Source: an uncultured Collinsella sp.
Lineage (GTDB): Bacteria; Actinomycetota; Coriobacteriia; Coriobacteriales; Coriobacteriaceae
Direction: 5' to 3'
Length of the DNA: 64,000 nt
Assembly (NCBI GenBank): GCA_902488525.1
Contig: CABTWP010000001.1
Location: 19,970 to 83,969, forward strand
Below are positions 35,744 through 46,140 of the stretch, one piece after another. Below the pieces are notes generated by a model that saw nothing but the letters and a program-made list of their open reading frames with translations, had not been told where the DNA came from and did not search any database. Within the stretch, counting starts at the first letter, position 1; each line of letters opens with the position of its first letter. The position numbers were made by a program, and so were the translations under genes.

Positions 35744-36742
35744 CTATTCGCTCGAGCCGGAATCGGTCGTCTCGGACGTGTCGGAACTGTCATCCGAGCT
35801 CTCGTCCTTCGTCTTGGTCGCAGCATCGCGCGACGTTCCCTGCGGCGTGCTGTTGGCCGTGCTCACGTCCTCATCCGAGGCCGACTGTTCGTCGGTCAGC
35901 GAGGTGATGACCAGCACTTCCTCGTTGTTCTCGGCCGTGGTCTGGGCGCGCACCACAATGGTGTAGTACACGTCGTTTGCCGACTTCTCAACCGACGAGA
36001 CGGTGCCGAGCGGTAGACCCTTGGGGAATACACCGCCAATGCCCGAGGTCACGATGATGTCGCCAACCTTAACATCGGAGTCGACGCTCACGTACTCAAG
36101 ACGCAGCGTGCCGTCAGCCTGACCCTGCAGCATGCCCTGGGCGCGCGTGTCCTGTACCATGGCGGACACACCCGAGTTCTCGTCGCCAATAAGGCGCACG
36201 GTAGAGGTCTTGGCCGATACCTCGATAATCTGACCGATAACACCGGCAGAACTCGTCACGGGCATGTTGATGGTAAGGCCGTCGGCAGAGCCCTTGTCGA
36301 TGGTTACGGTCGAGGTCCAGGCATCGCCCGAGGCACCAACGATACGAGCAGCGGTCGATTTGAGGTTGTAGGTCGACTGCAGGCCGACCAGCCCCTCCAG
36401 ACGCTCGGCGGTCTTTTGAGCCTCGGAGAGCTCAGCAACCTTAGAGGTCAGCTCCTCGTTTTGCTTCTTAAGCTCGTCAAGCGTGTCCTGCGACGCCGTA
36501 AGGTTAGAGAACACGTTGCCGATCGCATTGAAGGGGGCCGCCACAGCCGAGCCCACAAAGCGCACCGGCGAGGTAATCGTCGTCACGCCCGAACGCACGG
36601 CATGAATCGGTCCTGCCTCGCCCTCGCGGATGTAAAACGTGAGCAGCAACACCGAAATCAGGCTGAAAACAATCAACGGGCGCATACCCGTTGATTGTCG
36701 CTTGGTATTCAGATTTGTGGAGAAACCCGAAGATCGTGCCAA
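35744..36742 (-). CDS. mreC: Rod shape-determining protein MreC
   Basis: TM plus coiled coil, IDKGSADG, VTSGIGGVFPKGLPLG. Confidence 0.95.
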   Translation of the reverse strand: MARSSGFSTNLNTKRQSTGMRPLIVFSLISVLLLTFYIREGEAGPIHAVRSGVTTITSPVRFVGSAVAAPFNAIGNVFSNLTASQDTLDELKKQNEELTSKVAELSEAQKTAERLEGLVGLQSTYNLKSTAARIVGASGDAWTSTVTIDKGSADGLTINMPVTSSAGVIGQIIEVSAKTSTVRLIGDENSGVSAMVQDTRAQGMLQGQADGTLRLEYVSVDSDVKVGDIIVTSGIGGVFPKGLPLGTVSSVEKSANDVYYTIVVRAQTTAENNEEVLVITSLTDEQSASDEDVSTANSTPQGTSRDAATKTKDESSDDSSDTSETTDSGSSE

Positions 36743-36763
36743 ATGGAATCCACCTTTTGGAAA

Positions 36764-37807
36764 TTAAGCATTGGTCTGGACGAAGCCGCCATCAAACGCA
36801 TTGGCCTCGAGCACGCGGGCACAGCCGTTAACGACGTTATCGAGCGCCGTGGGGCTGACGTTGACCGAAACACCGGTCTCATCGCGCAGGCGCACGTCGA
36901 GACCGCGCAGCAGCGCGCCGCCACCAGTCAGCAAAATGCCGTAGTACATAAGGTCCGAGGCAAGATCGGGAGGCGTAGCGTCGAGTGCGTCCTTGACGGC
37001 CTTGGCCATCTCGTCGAGCGGCTTGTTGAGCGCGCGACGAATCTCCTCGCTCTCGATGCGCACGGTCTTGGGCAGACCGGTGATCACGTCGCGGCCGTTG
37101 ACCTCGACGTCGAGCTCGTCCTTGAGCGGCACGGCGGAACCGACCTTGATCTTGATGTCCTCTGCCGTACGCTCGCCGATGGCCAGGTTGTAGGCATCGC
37201 GAACGTGCGTGAGGATGGCCTGATCGAACTCGTCGCCGGCAATACGGATGGACTGCGAGACGACGATGCCGCCCATAGCGATAACGGCGACCTCGGTAGT
37301 ACCGCCACCGATGTCGATGACCATGGAGCCGGTGGGCTCCTCGACGGGCAGGTCGGCGCCGATAGCGGCAGCCATGGGCTCCTCGATCAGGTAGGCCTGG
37401 CGAGCACCGGCCTGGATCGTGGCCTCAAAGACAGCACGCTTCTCGACCGACGTGACACCGGAGGGAACGCAGACGACAACGCGCGGACGCGGGGTCCACG
37501 GATAGCGCTTCTCGGAAGCCTTGTCGATAAAGTAGCGAAGCATGGCTTCGGTAACATCGAAGTCGGCGATGACGCCGTCCTTCAGGGGACGAACGGCCAC
37601 GATGTTGCCGGGCGTACGGCCGAGCATGCGCTTTGCCTCGATACCGACCGCCAGGATGCGCTCGTCGTTCTTGTCGATGGCGACGACAGAGGGCTCGCGA
37701 ATGACGATGCCCTTGCCGCGCACGGAGACAAGCGTATTGGCGGTGCCGAGGTCGATGGCAAGATCGCCCGCATAGCTACCGAAGAACATATCCATCAAAG
37801 AAAACAA
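36764..37807 (-). CDS. mreB: Rod shape-determining protein MreB
   Basis: AIDLGTAN, RPLKDGVIADF, DIGGGTTE, LTGGGALL. Confidence 0.97.
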   Translation of the reverse strand: MFSLMDMFFGSYAGDLAIDLGTANTLVSVRGKGIVIREPSVVAIDKNDERILAVGIEAKRMLGRTPGNIVAVRPLKDGVIADFDVTEAMLRYFIDKASEKRYPWTPRPRVVVCVPSGVTSVEKRAVFEATIQAGARQAYLIEEPMAAAIGADLPVEEPTGSMVIDIGGGTTEVAVIAMGGIVVSQSIRIAGDEFDQAILTHVRDAYNLAIGERTAEDIKIKVGSAVPLKDELDVEVNGRDVITGLPKTVRIESEEIRRALNKPLDEMAKAVKDALDATPPDLASDLMYYGILLTGGGALLRGLDVRLRDETGVSVNVSPTALDNVVNGCARVLEANAFDGGFVQTNA

Positions 37808-37922
37808 CGCAACTCCTGATGTGTTGGATGATTGCTGGAAAACTACTAGCTCATCATACTAGCGCAAGCCCGGCACCTCACTTGCGGTGAAGCGCCGGGC
37901 AAAGCTAAATCCCATAAGGTCA

Positions 37923-39227
37923 CTACTGGTTGTCAGCAGCCGAGAAATCCATATCGAGCGAGGAAACGGCCCAGCCGATATGGTTATCGGAGCGCACGAA
38001 TTTGACGGTGTACTCCTGCTCGCCACCCTTGGACAGCGATGCCTTCACCTTAGCGGTCGTCTCGGTCATGGACTGATCCATGCCCTCGACGGACACGGTG
38101 GCACCCTGCGGAATCGAGGAGACGATCATCGACTTAGCATCCTCGGACAGACTCGAGGCCAGGCAAGACTCGGCCTTTGCGGTGTCACCGTCGCCGGCAG
38201 CCTGGAACAGATCGGTAACGACGGACTCCTGAGACGGGAAGCCAAAGCCGCGCGTGTAGGCAAAGCCCAGACCGCCCGCGGCAATCAAAATGAGCAGAAG
38301 CAGCACAATGAAGACTTTGAGACCCGTGTGGCGATGGCGACGACGGACCTTGGCCTGCTTACGATCCTGACGGTCCTGCTGGACCATCTCGGACTCGGAC
38401 AGCGTAAAGAAACCGGTGTCCGAGGGATCGGGCATAAACTGACCGGTCGCGCCCGTAGGATCGAGCGGATCGACGGCGGGAGCGTCCATCGCGGGCGCCG
38501 GAGCCGTGGCCATAGCCGTCTGGGCAGACAGCGCGGCAAGCGAATCGTGCACGCGGGCAAGCTCATCGGCCTGCTCGGAGGTGAGCTGGTAGATGCCATC
38601 AGCAGTAGCGGCGTTAAAGGCGTCGAGTGCGTCGGAGGGACGGCCGGCGGCAGAAAGTGCCTGACCCATGCCGGCGTTGAGCGCACGCGTATCGTCGCGG
38701 GGGCCGGCAAAGTCGATAGCCGTGCGGTAGGTCTCCACGGCATCCGCCGGACGGCCGAGCTTAATGAAGCAACGGCCAAGCTCGCCGAGTGCGGCGGCAG
38801 GAGCCGGATTGGCGCCGTCGATGGCGGCCTGACGGAAGGCAGTACCTGCGTTGGCATAGTCGCCCGACTGGAACAGCGCGTTACCCAGGCCCAGATAGGC
38901 CTTGAACGGCGTGGCATAAGAAGCATCCTGCGTAGCAGCAGAGAACGCCTGAGCGGCCGTTGTGTAGTCGCCCACGGCGGCGAGTGCCTTGCCGCGGTTG
39001 GTGAGCAGCGCGCCGCGCTTGCCATAGGTGCCGTCGTTGAGGGCGGCGGCATAGGCCTCGGCGGCCTCGGCATACATGCCCAGGTGCATCAAGGCGTTGC
39101 CACGAAGGTGATCGGCCTCGCCCATAATCTCATCGGGAGTTTTTGCCGCCCCAAGCATCTGGGCTGCAGCGGAAAAATCACCCGCGCGGTAAGCGGCGCG
39201 GCCCTGTTGGATCAGCTGGCTATTCAA
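37923..39227 (-). CDS. TPR-repeat membrane protein
   Basis: Ala-rich TPR-like repeats, one TM segment near the C-terminus. Confidence 0.75.
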   Translation of the reverse strand: MNSQLIQQGRAAYRAGDFSAAAQMLGAAKTPDEIMGEADHLRGNALMHLGMYAEAAEAYAAALNDGTYGKRGALLTNRGKALAAVGDYTTAAQAFSAATQDASYATPFKAYLGLGNALFQSGDYANAGTAFRQAAIDGANPAPAAALGELGRCFIKLGRPADAVETYRTAIDFAGPRDDTRALNAGMGQALSAAGRPSDALDAFNAATADGIYQLTSEQADELARVHDSLAALSAQTAMATAPAPAMDAPAVDPLDPTGATGQFMPDPSDTGFFTLSESEMVQQDRQDRKQAKVRRRHRHTGLKVFIVLLLLILIAAGGLGFAYTRGFGFPSQESVVTDLFQAAGDGDTAKAESCLASSLSEDAKSMIVSSIPQGATVSVEGMDQSMTETTAKVKASLSKGGEQEYTVKFVRSDNHIGWAVSSLDMDFSAADNQ

Positions 39228-39238
39228 GGAAGTCCCCT

Positions 39239-39781
39239 TTACTCGTGAACGATCTCGACATGGACGATCTCGTCGCCGGCACGCAGCTGCGAAATCACAT
39301 CGAGACCCTCGACCGTGGTACCAAAGACGGTGTAACCGGAATCGAGGTTATGCTGGGCACCCAGGCAGAAGTAGAACTGCGAACCCGCGGAATCGGGGTC
39401 CATGGAGCGTGCCATGGCAAGGGCACCATCGACATGGCTGTTGCGCGGATTGGTGGCAAACTCGCCCTTGATGCAGTAGCCGGGGCCACCGGTACCGGGC
39501 ATGCCGTCGGGGCCCTCAAGACCGGCAGCGACGTCGGCGCCGGACATATCGCGGGTATTGGGGTCGCCGCCCTGAATGACAAAGCCGGGCACATAGCGAT
39601 GGAACTTAAGGCCATCATAGAAACCCATCGTAGAAAGCTCGCAGAAGTTCGCGACATGAATGGGAGCGCCCTCGCCGTCAAACTTGACCTTGATAGTACC
39701 CTTCGACGTCTCGATAACGGCGCACTCGTCGCCGGCAAGCTGATACTCGGGCGTGTAGAGCTCTTTCTTAAACCCAAACAT
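39239..39781 (-). CDS. Cyclophilin-type peptidyl-prolyl isomerase
   Basis: FYDGLKFHRYVPGFVIQGGDP, SAGSQFY, YTVFG. Confidence 0.95.
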   Translation of the reverse strand: MFGFKKELYTPEYQLAGDECAVIETSKGTIKVKFDGEGAPIHVANFCELSTMGFYDGLKFHRYVPGFVIQGGDPNTRDMSGADVAAGLEGPDGMPGTGGPGYCIKGEFATNPRNSHVDGALAMARSMDPDSAGSQFYFCLGAQHNLDSGYTVFGTTVEGLDVISQLRAGDEIVHVEIVHE

Positions 39782-39888
39782 GTGGTTCCTTCCTCGTGCG
39801 TTTAAAGCATATTTGTACGAATTGTAGCAATAAGCATGGGCTTACATCAATTGCGCACGTAGGTTATGCCGACTATGGCGAACTAATT

Positions 39889-41031
39889 TTAGGAACGCTG
39901 CTGCGGCTTCCAGGAGCCCACGTTGGCGTCGTACTGATTAAGCGCGCTGTTGCCGCCCTGTGCGATGGGCGCCAGGATCTCGCTTTGGTGGGAACTCATC
40001 GACTCGCCATCGGGAATGGCCAGCGAGATATCCCAGCTCTGGCAGATCACGTCGACGCGCTCATACATCCACTCGGCAAGCTGCTTTAAGTGGGCGATGT
40101 CGTCCGCATAGACCGTATCGTCCTGATACTTAAGGTTGTTGAGCTCATCTTGCGTCTTTTTGATCTGGTCGCGCAGGGCGTAGGCACTCTGCGACAGCTC
40201 CTGACGGGTGGACAGTGGCGTTCGAAGATAACCATTGTTAAAAGAATCGATGACCTCGCCGATCTGGTCCTCATCACCGTAGGACACAATGGTCTGATAC
40301 AGACCGTCGAGCCTGGTATAGAGCTGATCATCGGTGAGCACGGTTTCTTCCTGGACCACCTCGGCAGAATCGTCTTGCTTGGTATCGTCCTCAGTCGCCT
40401 CGCCCTTTTGGCGCGTGGGGAAGGTCGTCTGCGCGGCCTGGCCAAACTGGTCATAGAAGCCAGGCATGACACCCATGGGATCGACCGTCACGAACCAATA
40501 GGCACCGCCGCAAACGACGGCAAGGACCGCGATGACGATGAGCGGCTTGGGGATATGACGCTTGTGCTTGTGATAGGCGTCCTCGTCGGGATGCACCTTG
40601 CGCTTGGGTTTTTGAGCATCGTCATGCAGGGAAACGGGCGTGGGAATATCGACCTTGGGGATACCGAAATCCTTATCGAAAGCAGGCAGCACGCAGGTCT
40701 CATTGGGGTCGGCGGCGTCCGAAAGCACCGCAGCGGCAGAGGCCGGCGCATGAGGCACCTCGGTATCGATCTGCTCTTGCGTTAGGCGCGGAAAGCCCGC
40801 CGTGCGGCCCGCTGCCAGGTCGGATGCGGCCGCGTCCTCGGAGAGGATACCCGGAGCGGGGCGTCCGCATTTGGGGCACGTACGATCATGCGGAGAAAGA
40901 CGGGCACCGCAGCCCTCACAGAACACGAACTCGGTGTGCTCGGGACCATCGCCCGGACCCACATAGGCGTTGCAGTAGGGGCAAAACGAGGCGCCGTCCT
41001 CGATAGTCTTAAGGCAGTGCGGGCAGATCAC
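39889..41031 (-). CDS. Double zinc-ribbon membrane protein
   Basis: Four CxxC motifs at the N-terminus, one TM segment; start uncertain (41031 or 41061). Confidence 0.7.
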   Translation of the reverse strand: MICPHCLKTIEDGASFCPYCNAYVGPGDGPEHTEFVFCEGCGARLSPHDRTCPKCGRPAPGILSEDAAASDLAAGRTAGFPRLTQEQIDTEVPHAPASAAAVLSDAADPNETCVLPAFDKDFGIPKVDIPTPVSLHDDAQKPKRKVHPDEDAYHKHKRHIPKPLIVIAVLAVVCGGAYWFVTVDPMGVMPGFYDQFGQAAQTTFPTRQKGEATEDDTKQDDSAEVVQEETVLTDDQLYTRLDGLYQTIVSYGDEDQIGEVIDSFNNGYLRTPLSTRQELSQSAYALRDQIKKTQDELNNLKYQDDTVYADDIAHLKQLAEWMYERVDVICQSWDISLAIPDGESMSSHQSEILAPIAQGGNSALNQYDANVGSWKPQQRS

Positions 41032-41134
41032 GGCATCCTCTTTTCGAAGCAATTCAAACAATCGAGGTTAGAGCATAACATCGCCACGGCCCCACAGGAG
41101 CAAGGCACCAATTCAACATCGGCAGAGCGCGTAG

Positions 41135-43852
41135 TTACTTCTTCTTTTTGCTTGGCATCGAGACTTTGATGCCTTGGGCGGACTTAGTCACGCGAGAGCG
41201 CTTGGCTCCGGTACCCTTCTTTTTCTTGAGCTGGGCCACGCCCTCGAGTGCGCGGGCCTCGGCCTCGCGAACGGTGCGATCTTCGCGGCGCTGCGCCATG
41301 TCGGCGGCGAAGCGCTTGGCAAAACGCTCGGCCGTCGAACCCGTCGAGCTCACCTTGCCGCCACCGCGACCCAGGCGGACGCGCACACCGCGGCCAAAAC
41401 CAGTTGCGGCATGACGACGACGCGGCTTGAGCGAATCCATCATCGTGGCGAGCTTAAAGAACACCGAGCAGGTAAAGACCACGATGACAGCCAAGATAAC
41501 CATCTGGCCCATCGACAGGTTGGCAATAGACAGCAGCTCCGGGAATCCGATAACGCCCACTAGGATGCCGGCGACTACAAACACAAAGAGCACCACTCGT
41601 AAGGGCGTGAGAGGCTGCGAGATGCGCCAGATCAGGCTGACGCTCGCCGCGCACGACGTAAGCAAGCACATCGTAGACAGCGTGAGCTGGCTAAAGCCAA
41701 ACACGCGCGCCACAAAGATATCGAGCGCCGCAGCCAAAATGACCGCAATCGACGCCGGCAGTGCACGCTTGAGTACGTTGGTCAAGAACGACCCCTTCAC
41801 GCGGGCGTTGTTGGGCTCCAGGCCCAACACAAAGCCCGGCGCGCCGATGCAGAAGAAGTTAATGAGCGTCATCTGGATGGGCTCGAAGGGGTACGGCGGC
41901 AGCGCGATGCACAGCGCCGCCAGGCCCATCGAGAACAGCGTCTTGGTCAGGAACAGCGAGGCCGAACGCTGCAGGTTGTTGATGGAGCGACGGCCCTCGG
42001 CCACCACGGCGGGCATCGAGGCAAAGTCGTTGTCGACGAGTACGATCTCGGCCACGTTGCGCGCGGCATCGGAGCCGGCCGCCATGGCGACGGAGCAGTC
42101 GGCTTCCTTGAGCGCCAGCACGTCGTTGACGCCGTCGCCCGTCATGGCCACGGTGTGCTCGCGGCGTTTGAGCGCCTGCACGAGCTCGCGCTTCTGCTGC
42201 GGGGTCACACGACCAAAGACATGGTAGCGGTCTACTGCGGCATCGAGCTTGGCCGGCGTATCGAGCGTCGTGGCGTCCACATAAGCGTCCGCCCCCGGCA
42301 CGCCCACCACGCGCGCGATCGACGACACCGTACGCGGGTCGTCGCCACTGATCACGTTGAGGGTCACGCCCTGCTCGTTAAAGTAGCCGATGGTCTCGGC
42401 CGCCGAGGTACGAATCTCGTCGCGGATGGTCACAAAGCCCACGGGCTCGGCCTCGCCCACCATATCGCCATCGGGCGTAAAGCCGTCCACGCGCGCCACC
42501 ACGAGCACGCGGCAGGTATCGGCAAGCTCGGCGACACGGTTCTCGACCTGGGCAAACACACGATCGGAGAGCACAAACTGCGCCGCACCCATCACATAGG
42601 AGCCCTGCGAAAACGACGCGCCGCTCCATTTTTTGGAGGACGAGAACGGAATGACCGACAGCGGCTCAGACACCTCGACCGGGCGATCGGCGTAATAGTT
42701 GAGCAGCGCCTGGCAGGTCTCGTTGGCATCGGCCGAAGTCGCACGTGCCACGTTAGCCAGCGCAAAATCGAGCACCGTGGTATCGACGGGAACGACCGCC
42801 TCGTCCGAGCCGGCGCCTAGGCTCACGCCCTCAACCGGCAGCGGATACGTGCCCTCGACCTCCATGCGGCCCGACGTGATGGTGCCCGTCTTGTCCAGGC
42901 ACAGCACGTCGACGCGAGCGAGCGTCTCGATGCAGTATAGCTGCTGCGCCAGCACCTTGCGGCGAGCCAGGCGCACCGTGGCGATGGCGAGCACCGACGA
43001 GGTCAGCAGCACCAGGCCTTGCGGGATCATGCCCAGCAGGGCGCCCACCGTGGACAGCAGCGCCGACGAAGGCACATGACCAGCCAACAGCTCGGAGAAG
43101 CACCACGAAAGCGCACTATCGCCCGGGGTTCCCGCGGCATCCCACAGCTCGCTCACGCTCGAGGCAAACAACGCTAAACCGAGCGGGATCATGATGATGC
43201 TCGCAAAGCGCACGATGGCATTAAGCGCGTTCATGATCTCGGAATTGACCTTTTTGACGTACTTGGCCTCGTTATTAATTTTGGCCACGTAGTTGTCGGC
43301 GCCGACATGAATCACGCGGGCGCGCAGCAGGCCCGAGTCGATAAAGCTGCCGCTCATGAGCTCGGAACCGGGCTGTTTCTTAATAAGGTCGCTCTCGCCC
43401 GTCAGCAGACTCTCGTTCACGAGCGCCTCGCCCGAAACCACCACGGCGTCGGCGGGAATCTGGTCGCCGCGCCCCAGGCGGATGATGTCGTCGAGCACGA
43501 TCTGGTCCAGGTCGAGCTCCACCTCGGCGCCGTCGCGCACCGCGACGGCCTTCTTGGAGGTCAGCAGCGTGAGCTTATCGACCATCTTCTTGGAACGCAT
43601 GGACTGGATGACGCCGATAGCGGTATTGAGGAACACCACGAACAGGAACGTCAGATTCTTAAACGAACCGGTCAAAATGACCAGGAACGCCAAGATCACG
43701 TTGATCAAATTGAACAGCGTGCAGAGGTTCTCGATGATGAGCTCTTTGACCGACTTGGTCTTGAGCTCCATGTTGCGGTTGATCTTACCGGCGGCGATGC
43801 GCTCCTCGACCTCGGCGGTTGAGAGTCCGCGCTCGATATCCGTTGCTGCCAT
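41135..43852 (-). CDS. Cation-transporting P-type ATPase (CtpE-like)
   Basis: LTGES, DKTGT, MTGDGVND. Confidence 0.95.
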   Translation of the reverse strand: MAATDIERGLSTAEVEERIAAGKINRNMELKTKSVKELIIENLCTLFNLINVILAFLVILTGSFKNLTFLFVVFLNTAIGVIQSMRSKKMVDKLTLLTSKKAVAVRDGAEVELDLDQIVLDDIIRLGRGDQIPADAVVVSGEALVNESLLTGESDLIKKQPGSELMSGSFIDSGLLRARVIHVGADNYVAKINNEAKYVKKVNSEIMNALNAIVRFASIIMIPLGLALFASSVSELWDAAGTPGDSALSWCFSELLAGHVPSSALLSTVGALLGMIPQGLVLLTSSVLAIATVRLARRKVLAQQLYCIETLARVDVLCLDKTGTITSGRMEVEGTYPLPVEGVSLGAGSDEAVVPVDTTVLDFALANVARATSADANETCQALLNYYADRPVEVSEPLSVIPFSSSKKWSGASFSQGSYVMGAAQFVLSDRVFAQVENRVAELADTCRVLVVARVDGFTPDGDMVGEAEPVGFVTIRDEIRTSAAETIGYFNEQGVTLNVISGDDPRTVSSIARVVGVPGADAYVDATTLDTPAKLDAAVDRYHVFGRVTPQQKRELVQALKRREHTVAMTGDGVNDVLALKEADCSVAMAAGSDAARNVAEIVLVDNDFASMPAVVAEGRRSINNLQRSASLFLTKTLFSMGLAALCIALPPYPFEPIQMTLINFFCIGAPGFVLGLEPNNARVKGSFLTNVLKRALPASIAVILAAALDIFVARVFGFSQLTLSTMCLLTSCAASVSLIWRISQPLTPLRVVLFVFVVAGILVGVIGFPELLSIANLSMGQMVILAVIVVFTCSVFFKLATMMDSLKPRRRHAATGFGRGVRVRLGRGGGKVSSTGSTAERFAKRFAADMAQRREDRTVREAEARALEGVAQLKKKKGTGAKRSRVTKSAQGIKVSMPSKKKK

Positions 43853-43883
43853 ACCACGTCCCATCACGTCGCGTCGGTATAAG

Positions 43884-43917
43884 AAAAACCGCCCGGACCA
43901 TGCGAGGTTCGGACGGT
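43884..43917 (-). terminator. Host terminator downstream of a tRNA-like 3' end
   Basis: Hairpin ACCGCCCGGACC...GGTTCGGACGGT with a U-run on the minus strand. Confidence 0.6.
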
Positions 43918-43928
43918 CTTACGTTCGA

Positions 43929-43937
43929 TGGTGCCCC
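43929..43937 (-). other. Probable prophage att junction (tRNA 3'-end remnant GGGGCACCA)
   Basis: CCA-ending acceptor-like 9-mer at the host/phage boundary, followed by a terminator; no full tRNA upstream. Confidence 0.55.
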
Positions 43938-44029
43938 GTCTGCATAGATTCTAGAACCGAGATCTGCGCCGTTGGGACCGTCGTGCTGCTCAGGATACCA
44001 CGGGCGGCGTAGCAACACCTTTTCTCGAG

Positions 44030-44059
44030 AAAAAACCCGCCCGGGATAACCCGAGCGGG
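44030..44059 (-). terminator. Terminator at the end of the lysis module
   Basis: CCCGCCCGGG-ATAA-CCCGAGCGGG hairpin plus U6 on the minus strand. Confidence 0.75.
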
Positions 44060-44065
44060 CCGCGG

Positions 44066-44155
44066 CTAGCGCCCGTTGATGCTCACGAGGCACAGGCCGA
44101 TTGTCGCCACGGTGCCCCCGAAGAGAGCGCCGAGGACGAAGGCCAGCGCGATCAT
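44066..44155 (-). CDS. 29-aa hydrophobic peptide ([29 protein letters not shown])
   Basis: Translated by hand; starts 1 nt after the endolysin stop; single TM helix. Confidence 0.6.
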   Translation of the reverse strand: MIALAFVLGALFGGTVATIGLCLVSINGR

Positions 44156-44156
44156 G

Positions 44157-45221
44157 CTAGTACGGGTTGCCGTCGGTGACGCAGACCTGGAGTCGGTCGA
44201 GCGGCTCGCCGTAGAAACCGGCGTAGTCGTCGCCGCCGTAGGTGGAGCCGTCGTCGCACACGGTGTCGAGCCATCCGGCGCGTGCGGTGGTCTGCGAGCG
44301 ATACCACGCCTGCTTGTACTCCTCGCCGCCCGGGGTCACGTAGTACATGCGCACGCCGTCGATGGTGTGGCCGGCGATGCCGGCGCAACCGTTCACGGTA
44401 TCGTTGCGGTCGCCCTTGGAAACATAGTCAAGCCAGCCGTCCTCGATGGTGTGGACCTGATACTTGAGCGTGCCGCGATCGACTCGGGCGCAAAGGAGGT
44501 CGTGCTGTCGGCACGGGTAGCCCGCGAAGCCGTTGTCCCCGGCGCCGAAGTCGGTCACCTCGTCCAGCCAGCCGCCGCCCTTGAGGTGGAGGGAGTAGTG
44601 GACGGGGATGCGCTTGCCAGATGCCTTCGTGAAGCCGCCGGATGCCGCCTGAGAGGGCTTTGCCGCGGCAGGCTTAGCGGCGGTGGAGGGGGCGGGTGCC
44701 TTGCCGCCCTTCATCGCGTCGTACCACGTCTGGGCGCGCTGCATGTAATGGTCGCGCTGGGAGCCCGCAAGCTCGCCGGGGCAGGCCGTGGCGCTCCAGT
44801 AGCGGTGCGGGAACACGTTCTTGCACCACTCGGGGCGACCGAGGCCGTAGTACAGGCACAGGGCCGCGACAAGGTGAGCGCCGCTCTCGATTGCCTTCTC
44901 GTGGACGGTCCACGGGTTGCTGCCGCTGTTGGCGTGCTCAATCGAGATGGTCGTGTCGTTGCCGCGTCCGGTGCCGATTCCGTCGCCGCAGGCGTAGGCG
45001 CGGTCGGTGTCGTTGACGTGCTGCACGATGTGGCCGTTGCGGTCGACCGAGTAGTGCGCCGAGCAGCCGTTGGCACCCCAGATGCCGTTGCACTGGCCGG
45101 CGTTGAGGTCGCCGGCCATGTGGTGGATGGTCACGCCCTTGATGCCGAACGGGCGGCCTGCGGAGAAGTTGCGCCCCAGAAGCTTGTACTCGTCCGGCTG
45201 GACGTTCGCGAAGTCTGCCAT
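44157..45221 (-). CDS. Endolysin (N-acetylmuramoyl-L-alanine amidase, Amidase_2) with a C-terminal cell-wall-binding region
   Basis: [25 protein letters not shown]...TACPG; Pro/Ala linker; Trp/Gly repeats. Confidence 0.93.
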   Translation of the reverse strand: MADFANVQPDEYKLLGRNFSAGRPFGIKGVTIHHMAGDLNAGQCNGIWGANGCSAHYSVDRNGHIVQHVNDTDRAYACGDGIGTGRGNDTTISIEHANSGSNPWTVHEKAIESGAHLVAALCLYYGLGRPEWCKNVFPHRYWSATACPGELAGSQRDHYMQRAQTWYDAMKGGKAPAPSTAAKPAAAKPSQAASGGFTKASGKRIPVHYSLHLKGGGWLDEVTDFGAGDNGFAGYPCRQHDLLCARVDRGTLKYQVHTIEDGWLDYVSKGDRNDTVNGCAGIAGHTIDGVRMYYVTPGGEEYKQAWYRSQTTARAGWLDTVCDDGSTYGGDDYAGFYGEPLDRLQVCVTDGNPY

Positions 45222-45222
45222 G

Positions 45223-45528
45223 TTAGTCCTCCTTGATGTCGCCGAGCGCCAGCAGGGCGTCCAGCCATTTGTCCGTGATGCCGACCGATTTGAAGGCCGC
45301 GTAGGCCACCTGCACGCCGCCGACAGCGGCGAAGATGGACGTGACCCACGCCGAGGGTTCGGTCGGGACGCCGCCCGACATGGCCGTGAGGGCGCCGCAT
45401 CCCGCCGAGACGGCGATGGCCGTCCAGCGGGCGACGTTGCCCGTCATCGCCTTCGTCTTGATGGCCTGCACGATGTACGGCACGACCAGGACCGTGCACA
45501 CCGTGAGGCCCGCCTGGATCTCATTCAT
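45223..45528 (-). CDS. Holin
   Basis: 101 aa, 2-3 TM segments, directly upstream of the endolysin. Confidence 0.75.
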   Translation of the reverse strand: MNEIQAGLTVCTVLVVPYIVQAIKTKAMTGNVARWTAIAVSAGCGALTAMSGGVPTEPSAWVTSIFAAVGGVQVAYAAFKSVGITDKWLDALLALGDIKED

Positions 45529-45538
45529 TCGATTGCTC

Positions 45539-45952
45539 CTATCTGTCGGATTCCTTGCTGTAGATAAGGTCGACGCGGTCGCAGATGTGGTCGACCTTCT
45601 CGGCCATCCCCTGGCTCCTCGCCTGGCTGTGCGCCAAGTCCGCGTGCAAGACCTCGTTGGACGCCACGACGGACTCCATGAGCGTCTTCATCGCCTCCAT
45701 GAGGCTGTTGCTGCGCTCCATCTGCGCGGCGATGCGGCCCTCCATCTGCGAGCGCTCGCGGTCCCGCTGCGCGCGCTCGTCGACTTCCGCCTGATTGCGC
45801 TCCTCGCGCTTCAGGTCGATGCCGGACTTGCGTTCGTTCTGCCTTTTGTATTCATCCAAAAACTGGCGGCCGAAGTAGAACGCTATGAGGCCGAGAAGGA
45901 CGCCACCGAGCCATCCCGGCCCATATGGCGCAAAGAGCTTGAGCACTTCCAT
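45539..45952 (-). CDS. Phage membrane protein (TM plus coiled coil), lysis module
   Basis: MEVLKLFAPYGPGWLGG..., SD GGAGG; start reassigned to 45952. Confidence 0.65.
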   Translation of the reverse strand: MEVLKLFAPYGPGWLGGVLLGLIAFYFGRQFLDEYKRQNERKSGIDLKREERNQAEVDERAQRDRERSQMEGRIAAQMERSNSLMEAMKTLMESVVASNEVLHADLAHSQARSQGMAEKVDHICDRVDLIYSKESDR

Positions 45953-45972
45953 CCTGAGCGCCCTCCTTCCGC

Positions 45973-46140
45973 CTATTCGGCCGTGTACTCCTCGCCGGTG
46001 ATCTCCTTGTACTCGTCGTCGGTGATCCACTTGCACTCGACTGCCTTATGCACTCGCGCCTTGCTCCAAAGAGGTCGGTCGTAGTACTTCTTGACGAGCG
46101 CGAAGTGCTTGGAGTGCTCGTCGGTCTTCTTCGTCGGCAT
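45973..46140 (-). CDS. XkdX-like small phage protein (55 aa)
   Basis: Translated by hand: ...VKKYYDRPLWSKARVHKAVECKWITDDEYKEITGEEY. Confidence 0.8.
   Translation of the reverse strand: MPTKKTDEHSKHFALVKKYYDRPLWSKARVHKAVECKWITDDEYKEITGEEYTAE

Noticed and set aside
31847..37807. mreBCD-pbp-rodA (and glyQS) as unusual for an actinobacterium
   Set aside because: These are expected in Coriobacteriia and show no sign of recent transfer
43900..44000. Complete tRNA or tmRNA at the prophage boundary
   Set aside because: Only a CCA-ending 9-mer is present; no T-arm, anticodon arm or 5' acceptor strand could be folded
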